NCBI GenBank assembly: GCA_037447605.1
Contig: CM074804.1
Location: forward strand, 2,046,001 to 2,110,000
Length of the DNA: 64,000 bases
Direction of reading: 5' to 3'
Origin: Zygnema circumcarinatum SAG 698-1b
Taxonomy: Eukaryota > Plantae > Zygnematophyceae
In this document: in pieces, positions 12,212 to 24,300 of the stretch
How the letters are laid out: each line of letters begins with the position of its first letter
Numbering within the stretch: the stretch's first letter is position 1
Made by a program: the position numbers and the translations under genes
The notes under the pieces: generated by a model
Seen by the model: only the letters and a program-made list of their open reading frames with translations
Database searches by the model: none
Told to the model about the DNA's origin: nothing

Positions 12212-13482
12212 GGAAATTTCAGCGGGTGAAGCGCAGCCACGCGCTGTTCACTGCTGAGACTCCAGAACCGTCTTCTCCTAAGCCTTGGGAAAGCAGTGCG
12301 TCCGCAAGCAGTGGACCTACCCGAGGTGCTTGGATAAAATCTGGAGGCTGATGGCCATGGCTCAACGTGACGACCTTGTCTCTTCCGCTTGGGGATGGCC
12401 CAACTGATGCTTCCGGATGAGTATGGACAGTCATTTAGTATGTCGTATAGATTCAAGGCCACTCAACGAAGGCATTGTGAATGTTGTTCGCCTCACAATA
12501 ATGTTGAGGCGTTCAATCAATGTCACTTTGTATTCGCTTCACACGTTATTGATGAAGTAACCGCCCTTCTTGTTCCTCAGTTTGTCGTAAGCCTTTCTTC
12601 CTTGAGTCAACGTTTATAATCTTGTGGCATCTTTGCAGCTGGGTCTGCCGTGGTCCACGACTGCTCAGAGCAACGCCCTTCGTTCATTTTCCTCGGCTCC
12701 CCAATGCTTCACAGACGAGGTCATGACATGTCTCCGCCGGTGCACGGCACTTGAAGGGGCTGATCAGGACAACAAGTTTGTGGCAGCCGCCTTTTATGCT
12801 TGTCGTGTACTGAAACGCTCTGGGTTTGTGCAGCCAACCGAGGCATGCTGGAGGCTCAAGGTGTGTTGCAAGGTGTCAGACGTGCAAAAGCTCAGGTCAG
12901 CTCCATGATGACTGTGTGGTATTGTTGTGAGTCGCTCCCCAGCATTGAGTCGTCGGCAACCTAAACAAAGCAGTGACCTCGAAGCATCAATGACTTAGGG
13001 TCTGTACAGCATCAGCATGAAAGTGTTTGATAGGCTCTTTGTCAGGCTCCTTTTCATCGGAAACGGAGATGGAAAAAATCTAATATGTTTCGTTAACGTT
13101 CTATTACCAATTATGATACTTTGCGCGATGACTCGTGAAGCCTCTGCATACTTTAATGTTCTCCCTCTCTGTTCACAACTATTGCGAGCATATTTGCAGC
13201 CGTTTCCCCACAACTGCAAAATTAGCATCAGAAGTTCTGTAGTAGTGGCGTCGCTCCTGAAATTGATACGCAACAGTTGTTAGTCTACCTCAACTTTTGC
13301 GTTGATCTAGCATTAGCTCTACGATATCAGAGCATGGCTCTCAGCACGCTTCAGTAAGCTTGGTCTAGACAGGGTTTGCTGTTCCCGGTCGAGTTTTATG
13401 TTTGTTTGATATTGTTCAGTAACTAATGCTAGAATTGAACAGCCGACGACTTTGCTCATACAAAAGAGAGGAAAAAAAAAAC

Positions 13483-13567
13483 ATATATATATATATATAT
13501 GTTTTTATATTTATAATATATATGTTATTATGTTTTATGTTATTTTGTTTTATGTTATTTATATATG
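13483..13567. repeat. AT-rich microsatellite / low-complexity tract
   Basis: (AT)n followed by TATGTTTTATGTTAT repeats. Confidence 0.8.
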
Positions 13568-13870
13568 CGATTCTACCACGACGCACCTGCGCTCACCCAC
13601 CCACCCACCCGGAGGTGCACCACGCAAGGTAAGGGAGTAAGGTGCCATCAAATAAACTATAACACATTTAATGTGCTATTCGCAGTTTCACATAATAATG
13701 CACGAGACAACGACAAGCCCAGCCGCCAAGTGATGGGTGCATATCGGATGGGCCTTTTCGATACGATATATCGCTCACGCCACTGCGCGCACACGGCTCT
13801 GACTTCCGATCGCTTCGCGCACCCCTCGATGGCGCCCGGCCGTACGGCTCGATTTTGGGACATACGGACA

Positions 13871-13966
13871 TGCCACGTGGCAGTGGAGTTCTGCAAGCCA
13901 GACCTGCTGCGGCGCCTGCCAGCTGGCAAGATGGCCACGCGATGGGACCACCGCCGGCCACGTGGC
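13871..13966. promoter_or_regulatory. Two palindromic G-boxes in a GC-rich promoter-like region upstream of the AFG1-like gene
   Basis: TGCCACGTGGCA at 13871-13882 and GCCACGTGGC at 13957-13966. Function is inferred from the known bZIP/bHLH G-box motif. Confidence 0.45.
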
Positions 13967-15521
13967 AGGCCGTACGGGCTCCATCGCCCCTGCTGACATG
14001 GCGCGCTCTCCCGGTTCCCGGGGGCGCTGCGTCGGTCAGTGGCAAAACTGGCGGTAGATCTCCCCGCTTCGTGGTGGATCCTGGCCCGTTGATCCACCGC
14101 GGCCTCGTTGATCTCGCCAGTCTGCTGGGGAAGTCTGTGGCGGCGTCTCCTCGGTTCCTGCTCTCCCTCCCATTCTCTCTGGCCTGCCCAGCCGGGCTCA
14201 GTCTTGCCATGGCGCCCTGCTCGCCGCCTGCCCGCTGCGCGCGGCTGCCGTGAGCAGAGGGTGGTGCTTGCTTTCAGTGGCCGAGCGAGCTGCTGCGGAA
14301 CAGAGTGCGGCTCTGCTGGTCTGTCCTGCACTGCCTCGTGCTGTGGTGAGGCTCTCCGCCGCGCGCCTCGCTCTGAAAGGCGTCTTGCATCATTCATTAG
14401 TGGGATTCTGGCCTGGGTAAGCAGGGATTATTACTGGTGACTTGCAAGATGTGATTCGGACAGAGCTTTATCCAGCGTATGCGTGTTTCGTTCCTCTTTC
14501 CTTGAGTTTCTGGCGCGTTTTCTTGTAGCTTCACTTCTTTTGAAAAAGGCGGCCAAGCGACTTCTTTTGATGCCCGTCGCGAGCTTGACAGTGCTTGCAC
14601 TACTTTACAAGAAAGGCACTACGGTAGTGTTGCTCTTATAAAGAACTTGGTCGCGAAATTTCCAATGGCGGCTCTGTTAGGTTCCACTTCATATACCAGT
14701 TTCTTGAATCAGTACGTTATGTATTGCGAAAGCGGTTTGGTAACCTGTTCTTACGATAGTGCTTCTTCTGTTCGTGGAAGCAGGATTCCATAGTGCGCAT
14801 TGCCTTTCTCTGTAGCATCGCTATGTGTGCGGTTGCATTGCGGCATTCTGGCTGTCCTGATGAAGGCACCTTTAGCAGCCGGCGCCTTTTCCCTCCCTTT
14901 CAGTGGCCTTCTTCACGTTTAGTTCCCATGATTAGTCTTTGGTTTGAGCAGCGGAAGTTTTTCGCAGCCCTTCGCAGTTCTACCATTTTCTGGACGCGCT
15001 GGATTCAAAAACGAGCGAGGAACATTAGCACCTATTCTCGTAACTTATTGCTGTTAAATATAGTGAGAAAGAATCAGGAAACGCTTGATCAAATTTAGTC
15101 TTCGAACGATGAAATTGCTCCTCATTCGATAAGAATTTCTTACTCGGAAACTCTTTTGAGGGTTTTTATGTATTTGCCCGTTGATACTTTTTATTAAGAA
15201 CATTTTTCGTGGTTGTGAAATGAGTTCTTGGATTGCATTTGTGCAGCTTTTGTAGAACTTTTTTTCCCAAATGCCAGTAAGAATTCCTTCACGCACACTC
15301 GATGGGAATATGACCTCAGGGGGTAAAGGGAATGGCTTGGGCAGCTCACTTATCCTCCCGAGTCTTTGCGGATGCAGAGCTGCCAGCTTATGGAGTCTGT
15401 CGACCCTTTTCCTCATCTCTTCATCGTTCCTTCGCCTTCATATACAAGTATATAAATATATTTTGCAGAAGTTGTCCTCTGCCTTGCTGAGGCCATCTAA
15501 GTCGAGAACGGAGGCGAGCAA

Positions 15522-18500
15522 ATGACAGCGTCTGGCAAGGCGGCCATGGTCATGGCCAGCCGCTGCTGGCAGGTGCTGCAGCACCGCCGTGCCACCCTGC
15601 AGCACCTCTGCCACATGGTATCGGCTTCTCCTGCTACATGTGGAGGAGGAGAGTGGAGGCTTCAGGAGGGTGGAGCCTTTGCTGCTGAACGTGAGGACCG
15701 ACTTGGGGCCGGCTGTGACGAGGTAGACCATAGGAGACAGTGGATGGCTGCACATGTCCGGAGATATTCCACTGCAATTGCAGGTGGGTGGGGAGGTCTC
15801 ATCCCGTCCAACGTCAGAAAGTCCTTGAACTTAATAGTCCAGTTCAGTCCTTCCTTTTTTTCCCATTTAGAGCGTCCTGGGTTTTAGGTGCGCTTTTGTT
15901 TATATGATGGCCAACTCTGGCTGAATGGGATTTGTTTGTAACATTCCTGAGAGACTGTTTTCTTCTGCAAATAATGCGTGGAGCAGATGAAGGAATCCCT
16001 GACGAGCACGAAATATTCCGGTCTGGTCCGATGGCAGCCTATCAGAGGCACATTGCCGAGGGTACTCTGGTCGCAGGAGACGCGCATCAGGTGCTGCAGC
16101 ATGTGCATGCTCACGGCTCACTTTCAGAACTGCAAGCAAAAGTTTTCCCTTGGGCGTCCACCCCTGCTCTGCATACACATTCGTTGTATGCCCCTGGACG
16201 GACCTGAACAGGCCGTTAGAGCCGCTGTGCTTGTGACGTGGGTGCAGGAGATGGCGCTGGCGGCACTCCAGGCACTCTATGACGTGCTCATTGGCGCTGC
16301 AGCAGACGGACATTTCGCGCCCGCCAGGTGCTGCGCCACCCTGCCTGCTTTTGATAGGACCGTGGAGTCGGACAGGGCTGTTGGGTGTGGGGGCGGCCCT
16401 CACGCTGAAGCAACGCTCAGGGGAGGGATGGGAGATGTGGGGCAGGCAGCAGAATAGGAGCCTGTGGGCGCGATGGTTGCCGAAGCCGCAGGCTGCATCG
16501 GTGCGAGGGCTCTACCTGTGGGGGGGCGTGGGCACTGGCAAGACCATGCTGATGGACATGTTCTACCACGAGCTGTGAGGCTCCCTCCTGCCTTCCTGCC
16601 TTCTCCCTGCCACGCGCATTATGCGCAGATGTCCGTATCTCACATTTGGGCGCTGATGGAATGGCAGGCCTGCCTGGCTCCCGAAGAAACGAATCCACTT
16701 TCATGACTTCATGCTTACAGTGCAAGGACGGCTACAGGTGTTTCCCGATCCTTGGCCCACTTCCATCGGCAGGTTGTTGCAAGTAATTGTTCCGTGTCGG
16801 ATACTAGTACTTGTACTAGTCATCTGCAAGTTGATTAAATTCGTGGAGATTCTTCTTTAAGCAGCAGCTCCGTTTATGAGAACTTTGTAGTGGACCAGTC
16901 GTTTCCCTTCTCCTCGTCAAGGAAAACGTCAACTTTGCTCTGGTGGTTCTGCATGCCCGTGGGCTCATGAAAACCACCTGAGAGACAATTGAGGTGTGAT
17001 GTACGCAGATGCACAGGAGAGTAGCAGACCCGCTGGCTTCTGTGGCCGAAGAGCTGAGCGCAGAGGCAACAATTCTGTGCCTTGATGAATTCATGGTGAG
17101 GCCTACCTGCCCGCAAATGCTATCTACCTGCCTGAATGCGGCTAAAGACGGGATCCGAGTCGTCCCTCCTCCGTTGATGTCGAGGACTATGATGGGTTCA
17201 TAGGTGCTGACTCCTCTCTGGTGGATGTTCAGGTGACAGATGTTGCGGACGCAATGGTCCTTCACCGCCTCTTTGGACATCTGATGGCTAAAGGCGTGGT
17301 GAGAGCCATGCTGTCCTCTTGTTCACTTCTCTCTCCCAGCTCGCTTCGTGCTTTCCCTGCTGAGAGGTGCTCAGTGTCCTCATACGCACAAAAGGTTCGC
17401 TCCGTTTGTCAGTGTAAATCTGGACTTCGCTTGCGGGGATGCGTTCTTCCTCTGATTTAATTTGAGTTGACAGGTGCTAGTCTCAACCTCCAATCGGCCA
17501 CCAGATCGATTGTATGAAAACGGCCTGCAGCGTGACCTCTTTCTTCCATTCATCGCGATGCTAAAGGTGAGGGAAGGGTGTAGGCGTGCAGACTGCATTA
17601 TGTTCGCCCTGTTGAGGAGGCAGGATGCGGTCCCCTGGACTCTTGGCATAGGTCTTCAATGTGTTCCTGGGAGGTTGCTGAAAGTAGCGTATGCGTCGGT
17701 CTGCATTTTGAGTTCCATATTTTTATTGCGTAGTCTCCTATTGCGAAGTAGGGCTTGCTGTACACTTTACCGATGATTAACGCAGATTCCTCATATTATT
17801 TACATCGGTGAGTATCAAACATGGGGAAGTGTAGACATTGTCTTGACACATTCTGTATTTGCCATACTGCTCCTTCTGGGGTTCCTGCAGAGCCGTTGCG
17901 TCGTGCATGAAATTGGATCACCCACAGACTATCGCCGGCTGACTGCTGTGAGTACCAAGCTACAGAAGGGCTGGCCATTGTTACTGAGATTGCCTGACCC
18001 GTTGGACTTAACTTTTTTCAATGGAAGGTCTGGATTGGGATTGGCAGTTTCTGTTGAAGGATCTAGAGTCATTTCATCAACGGTGTCCACTGTACTTTGC
18101 AAAAGAGGCGCTGAAAGGTGGGTATTGCTCTGGTAATGCTCTGCTGTGGTGGGCTGCAGGTTCAGCGGGGCTTTTACTTCACAGGAGAGGACGCCTCAGG
18201 TTTACTGCGCGAGAAGTTTCACATGTTGACAGAGGGATTATCTGAGAAGGAGAAGTTTGTGGAGGTGGTTATGGGCCGCCGCCTGCATGTGAGACCGGAG
18301 CTCCTTTGGGATTGGGGAAGCGTACTGCCTATTTTCTGAGTGGATCAAGTTAAATGGGTGTTCTCGCTCTCACAATTTCCGGAGGTTACCCTGCAGGTTC
18401 CTTCCGCAGCTCAAGGCATCGCCTATTTTACCTTCTACGAACTTTGCGAGACACCGACTGGAGCAGCAGACTACATTGCACTTGCAAGTATGTCTCCGGG

Positions 18501-19751
18501 GTCTCAGAGCTGCAACTGGTCGCGACCTCTCTGTTGTTGCAAGAAATACAGGTCGTGAACAGGTGTCAGCTTCTGCAGGCTTGCTTCTCCTTCTTCTGGT
18601 GTCTTTTATTGTTATAACTTTGTAGGTCATTTAAACAGCTATGAATTCTATCACTTAACTGGTCTTTAGAAAAGCTTGCCTCTGGACTTTTGGCCTAAAG
18701 CCTTTCGTCCGCAAATCATTGTGGTACCTTTGCTAGCTTTTAACGAAAGAATTTATTTATTATGCGAACTGCCTGTGTGTGTAATGGGGACTCCGCGCAG
18801 AGCATTTCCACACAGTGGCGCTGGATGAAATACCAAAGTTTGGCTCCTCCAACATTTCCGCTGCACACCGCTTTGTAACCCTTGTGGATGTGAGTCGGCG
18901 TTCTCTGTTTTGTGGTCAGGAAAGCTCCAGTAAGCATGCTGTTAGGTAGTTCAAAGAATTCGCAGGTAATGTACCCATGCATTAATAAGTACTATTTTTT
19001 TCGAATGCCCTCATGCCCACAAATATCATATTATTCTTGAGCTTTTCTCTGTGATATTCAATAAACAGAACTTTGGCCACTCCCAGTTGGTTGCTTACGG
19101 AGTTTTGCTCTGAAGACGTTTGTGCAGGTTATGTATGAGCACAAGGTCCGCCTTATATGTGCAGCAGAAGCTCTTCCTGTAGAACTCTTTGAGAAGGTTG
19201 TGACAATCGCAGACGCGCCAAGAAGGACGTCGTCGAGATCTGGTCGTAGTGATGAGGTGGATCTGGCGGTCGACAATGAGCTGGGCTTCGCCAAGGAGCG
19301 CACCATCAGCCGGTGAGTGGCAGGGCGGATGCCAGGGTGTTGCAGGGCACTTTATGCTGACGTGGGGAGTCTCAGCTCTACTGTTGCATTCTCGACATGT
19401 GAGCATGTGGCAAAGGAACAGAGGAAACAGAGAACTGAGAAAAGAGAAAATAGAAAATAGGCTGCAGTCCAGAAGCTGGCGTTCTCACAGCGGAGTAATG
19501 GGTTCCCGAGCACAGAAGGTGGAGGGGTCCAGCAGATTAGACGTGCATGCAGGGATGTTTTGGCAAACGAGCGCAGGCGGGTTGGGGCAGAGCTGTGTGC
19601 AGGCGTGCTTGCAGTGCTGAAGCAGAGGGCGTGCAACGGGTGCAGGCTGACGGAGATGCAGAGTAGCGAATACGAGGAATATCACGCGGCCCATAGCCGG
19701 CGGGTGAATGACCTTGTTCAGGAGGAAGGTCCGTTTCTACAAGCGGTCTGA
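15522..19751 (+). CDS. AFG1L: AFG1/ZapE-like (LACE1/AFG1L) mitochondrial AAA+ ATPase, multi-exon
   Basis: Spliced exons give [22 protein letters not shown], Walker [30 protein letters not shown], Walker [91 protein letters not shown]. Stop at 19749-19751. Confidence 0.95.
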
Positions 19752-21321
19752 CAAGGCGACTATTTTTGTGGTGGCGTCAGCTATCTCATCCTCCTGTACG
19801 ACAGAATAGTACATGTCGGGATCGGTACTGTAGTAACAATCCGTACGTAATTGGGGTTAGGGAGTGGAAGCCTGAAAGGTCGTTCCGACGGTACGACATC
19901 GTACACATGCTGTGGTTGGAACTATTTACCATTTTACGACTGGAAAAAAAGGAAAAAAATGAAGGAAGGAAGTAAAGGATGTGGCATTGATTTCAGGATG
20001 GCGATGCCATCAAATGTACTATGGCTGCCGTTTTACAGTATATTCGAAGTACGTTGTACACTGTACTTCGAGTCGTACAGATGGATTGTGCAAGCAGGAT
20101 AGCTCGCGGTTTTAACCTTCCTGATATTTTGCCGCTTCGCACATAGTTCCTGCCGTACATAGGATTGTTTTAGTAACAGCTGGCTGAGAGGAAGGAAGAG
20201 ACACATACTTGAGGAGAATCAGAGTTCTCCTCGCGCCGTATACTCTTATCAACTGGCTCCGGCAGCATTAAAAAATCATTATTGTCAAAGGACCACTAAC
20301 ATGTGATGCCTTCTAGGATACAACTGAACGAGGGTTCCTCTTGGCCTTGTAGACCCCTACTTAGTGTACGTTTGGATGGCTATAAGTGATCCTACCGGTC
20401 GAAGAGGATGAAGTCGTCTGCTGTTCGCTGTTGCAGATTTAACTGGCCAGAGTCGCCCCGTGAGGGTGTCTGAGGATGTCTGCTGCGCCACAGGAAGTCG
20501 GTGTCACTTGTTGGAGGCTGGGACCGATGAAATGAGTGTTGTGGTTTCGGCATCACTCTGCCTCAGTAGCCTGCCAGGAAACACCGAGTTCCAACCTTGG
20601 GCGGACAGCGGCTGGAACGGCTCTTTAATCGCACCATGTCGTGCCTGTTGTCAGAGCTGGCTGTCAACTCACGTGATATGGCAATTGCTGTTACACCAGT
20701 CTCAGCGGCGAATGGTTTTTTTCGACTTCATTCTACAATACCGTATTCAGTTTGTGAAATCCGAAAGAGCTAGAAAATTGCACAGTGGCTTGGAAATTCT
20801 GGAGTTCCTTCAAAAACATGCTAATCTTGAAAATACAAGTCAACGCAATGTGGTGCATCCGAACGGCAGCCACAACATAGCGCATGGGCTCCATTTCCCG
20901 CAGGAGCTCTCGGCGGCAGGGGCACCTGCCACAGCCACCGAGCCGAGCTGGTTGACCTCTCCAGCTAAACACCAGTACCACTAGCAATAAATCGATATAA
21001 GGTTAAGAAAAGGTACAGCCGGCGGTACAGATGAAGCTCCACTCTGCCCAGGAGACTCCAATCCTACGCCTCCCCCCCACCCCCCACTCTGCTACGCTGC
21101 CTCCAGTGTCAATCAACCCATTCTTCCAGCGACGCCAGTGCCACCAGAAAACCCCACATGATTGGAAGGGCGTCACCAGGGTCGATAAAACCCACCACTT
21201 ACACTTTCCGATCAAGCAGGGGTCCAACCGAGGGTACAGTCAAATCCTAGTCATGTCATCCCCAACAAGCCATCCTCGCTTCCTGTACACAGGGGCCTCA
21301 CAATCATCATCATCATCATCA

Positions 21322-24300
21322 TCACGAAGCTCGCCACTCCTTGATGGTCATGTCAAGGCTGGACGACCAGAGCGCGCCATCCTCGGCAACGGCGAGCGCT
21401 ACTACCTCGTCGTCATGCTCCAAAAGGGTGAAGACACATTTTTCGTCGCTCCAGGCTCGGATGGTGCCGTCGTCGTGGCCCGACCAGAGGAGGCCCGTGG
21501 GACCCATCACCATGGCCCGCAACGAAATGTCAATGTGCGACTCTATGCTGAACTTGCAAGTCACATTGTCCCAGCCCTTGATGAGACCGCGCAACCCCGC
21601 TGACCAGAGGATGCCGTCGTGCCCTGCAGCCAGCGCCCTTACGGGACCCATTCCGGCATCGATCGACTTGACACAGCCCCTGCCCTGCCGCCAAGCTTTG
21701 ATGGTCCCATCCTGACTTCCGGACCATGTCAAGCCATCCACCCCCTTCGCCAGCGCTTCTACGCTCCCAGTGTGTACACGGAAAGTGGTAAGGCTTTGGC
21801 AGACAGCCATTCTTGGCTGATGACGCCACGTCTCTATGCTTGCACCATGCCCCGACCAGACAGTCCCATCCGAATCTGCCAGAAGAACAGAGATCTTTTC
21901 ATTGACACAACTAATTGCAACTTGTTCTAAGTTCAGTGCCTGCTCGTCCCAATGCCACTTTGTGATGTAACCTTTGTCGCAACCAGACCAGAGAGACCCA
22001 TCTGAGGCAGTGGCCAGTGCGCATATGCGGCCCCTGTGTTCAGTGTCTGCGGAGGCAGCCATGAGCTCTTGTCCGCGGCAGCCGCTGATCGCTGCCCCCC
22101 ACCCTGCCCAGAGCATGCCCTCCTGCGCCGCCACCATGCACATGGCCGCCTCCTCGGGGGGAGCGGCCCCATTAGCGTAATCGGCGCTAAACAACGACAT
22201 TTCTAGGGTGTGGATGCACACAGGCCGACCCGTTCGGCGAGAGCTGCAGTCATGCAAAACAGAGTTTTAAGTGACACACAGGAAAAAAAAGAATGCGCCT
22301 CTTGCCAATACGAGACTCGATTAGGCTTTCAAAACTCATCAGAGGAGACCCCAAATGCAAATGCAGAAATTACGGTATCACCGACATTCAACTTGTATGG
22401 AAAATCTGCGTGCTCGAGTAATGCGACGTAACTGTACGTTTGCATGAAATCGTATGACTAACCCTTAGGAGCATGAGAGGCTACAGAAAGATAAAGGCCA
22501 CGTGCCCATGTGACGGGTGGGGAGCCATGGCTGCTCAGGTTACATCAATATTTTGCCCCCCTCCCAACTCTTTAGCCAATCAATTCTCTAAATCACGAAA
22601 TTTGAGAAGACGCAAAACAAAAAAAAAAAAAGGGGGGGGTGCATCTGACAATCACCCCAAAGGCCTCTGACGCATGCAGTCGTCAATAGGAAGCAGGACT
22701 TCCTTTTGCAAAAGAAAGACAAATTTGCAAGAGTGTCCTTATCAGTCTGCCCAACTTACACGGATGATCGCTGCCCGCCGTGAGCCTTCACCTGCTCATT
22801 GGTCACAAAAGAGAGGGGGGAGGCAGACTGGGTCAGTGGCAACGCTGCACTGCCAGTGTTGCTTATGCTGATGGGTTATGTACTGACAGTTGTGCTGAGC
22901 ATTGGATTGAGAGACAGAGCTTCCCAGAAAAGAAATTTTGATTGAACTCCAGGGCCAACACAAATGCAAGGATTGCACATAAAGGTGGCATGGTGAGACT
23001 AAGGCTTAGTGTCCAAGACTTGATTCAGGTCACGTACAGAATAACATACACTATGCTATTAGAAACGAAACAAGTCAGTCAGCAAAGTCAGTTCAACCAT
23101 CTTAAACCTTTGGGCCATAGCTCTTTATCTCTAAGAGTGTGAGCACCATCATTCTCATGCACCAACTGTCTCCTCCTGAACATATGAAGCTGACTCTGAA
23201 GACCAGTCCAGGAAGTAGATCCGACCTCAGCAGCAATGGCCTGTTGGATGTACTTGAGCCAGCTCTGTGCCTCGTCGTCCTGCTCCGCTCCCATCTGCAG
23301 CAGCATCGCCCCTCCCCACCCATTCGTGCTGACTCAGCTGAGCCCCTGAATGCAGCTTGAAGCTGCCGTTTAAGGGTTGGTCCATGATAGTATCCACAGC
23401 TCTAAATTCAATTTCAGCAGTCAAATTTGCGCTTCCAACAAGCTCAATACATTCTATGTGCGCTTACCAGCAAAGGCCAATGGCTCTGCCCGTGAAGACT
23501 GAAGCAGTGCAGCTTCTGAATCCCTCATCAGGTTGAAATGTATGCAACAGAAGGGGATTAAGACAAAGCAATCTGTTAGAATTCAGCCAAAGTTGGAACA
23601 GCAACGCCTGCAGCAGCAGCAGCAGCAGCATGCTTGTGGCAGGCAGGGGCAGAACCTTGCCTTGCCGTTATAGGTCGCTGTGCCCTTCTCAACAATGCGG
23701 CTATAGCTGTTAAGAACGTACTCCTTCTCGGGCACCTGCTGACCAGCACAGTCCGGAGCCCATCATCATTCGTACAACAACGAGGGTAGTGCAAACGGGC
23801 AGCCTAAAGGACATAGTAACAGGCACTGCAATAAGGGGCAACAATGTCAATTGCAGGATGTTAGCGAATCCCAGCACTTGCACACACACGAGCCACCACC
23901 TGCGGCCCTGCACCCCCAGTGACTGGCAAGGCCGAACAGCTCCTGCTCTCATTCAAACGTCTTGCAGTCAGTGAGTCAGACAGCGCAGTGGCTTTGACCT
24001 AAAAATCTGCTTTTTATGCACCCGATTGGGCCACATGCTCACCCAATGCAAAACCAAAAGCGGGAGGCAATGGGCTCAAGCGAACACGCTTAGCTCAGAG
24101 CAGAAGGGAGATTCACTGCACCTCATTGCCAGCCACCATTGGCAGGCCCTTATAGCAGCCAAGTCTTGCAGGGTTGGAGTTGAGTGCGATGAATCTCTTC
24201 TCCCATAGCAGACTGAGACCAGAACGACGCGAGCGCAGCAGCCACCCCCACTTGCGCGCCCATAGGAGCCCCATGGTAGGGTCGACCATAGAAGGGCTCT

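Noticed and set aside
12624-12908. 94-aa ORF downstream of the ZNF598-like gene
   Set aside because: Starts at GTG, has no recognisable motif and no convincing exon chain; probably 3' UTR or intergenic.
20460-21603. Plus-strand ORFs of 174 and 190 aa
   Set aside because: No domains; they overlap the 3' end/UTR of the minus-strand WD40 exon or intergenic DNA.
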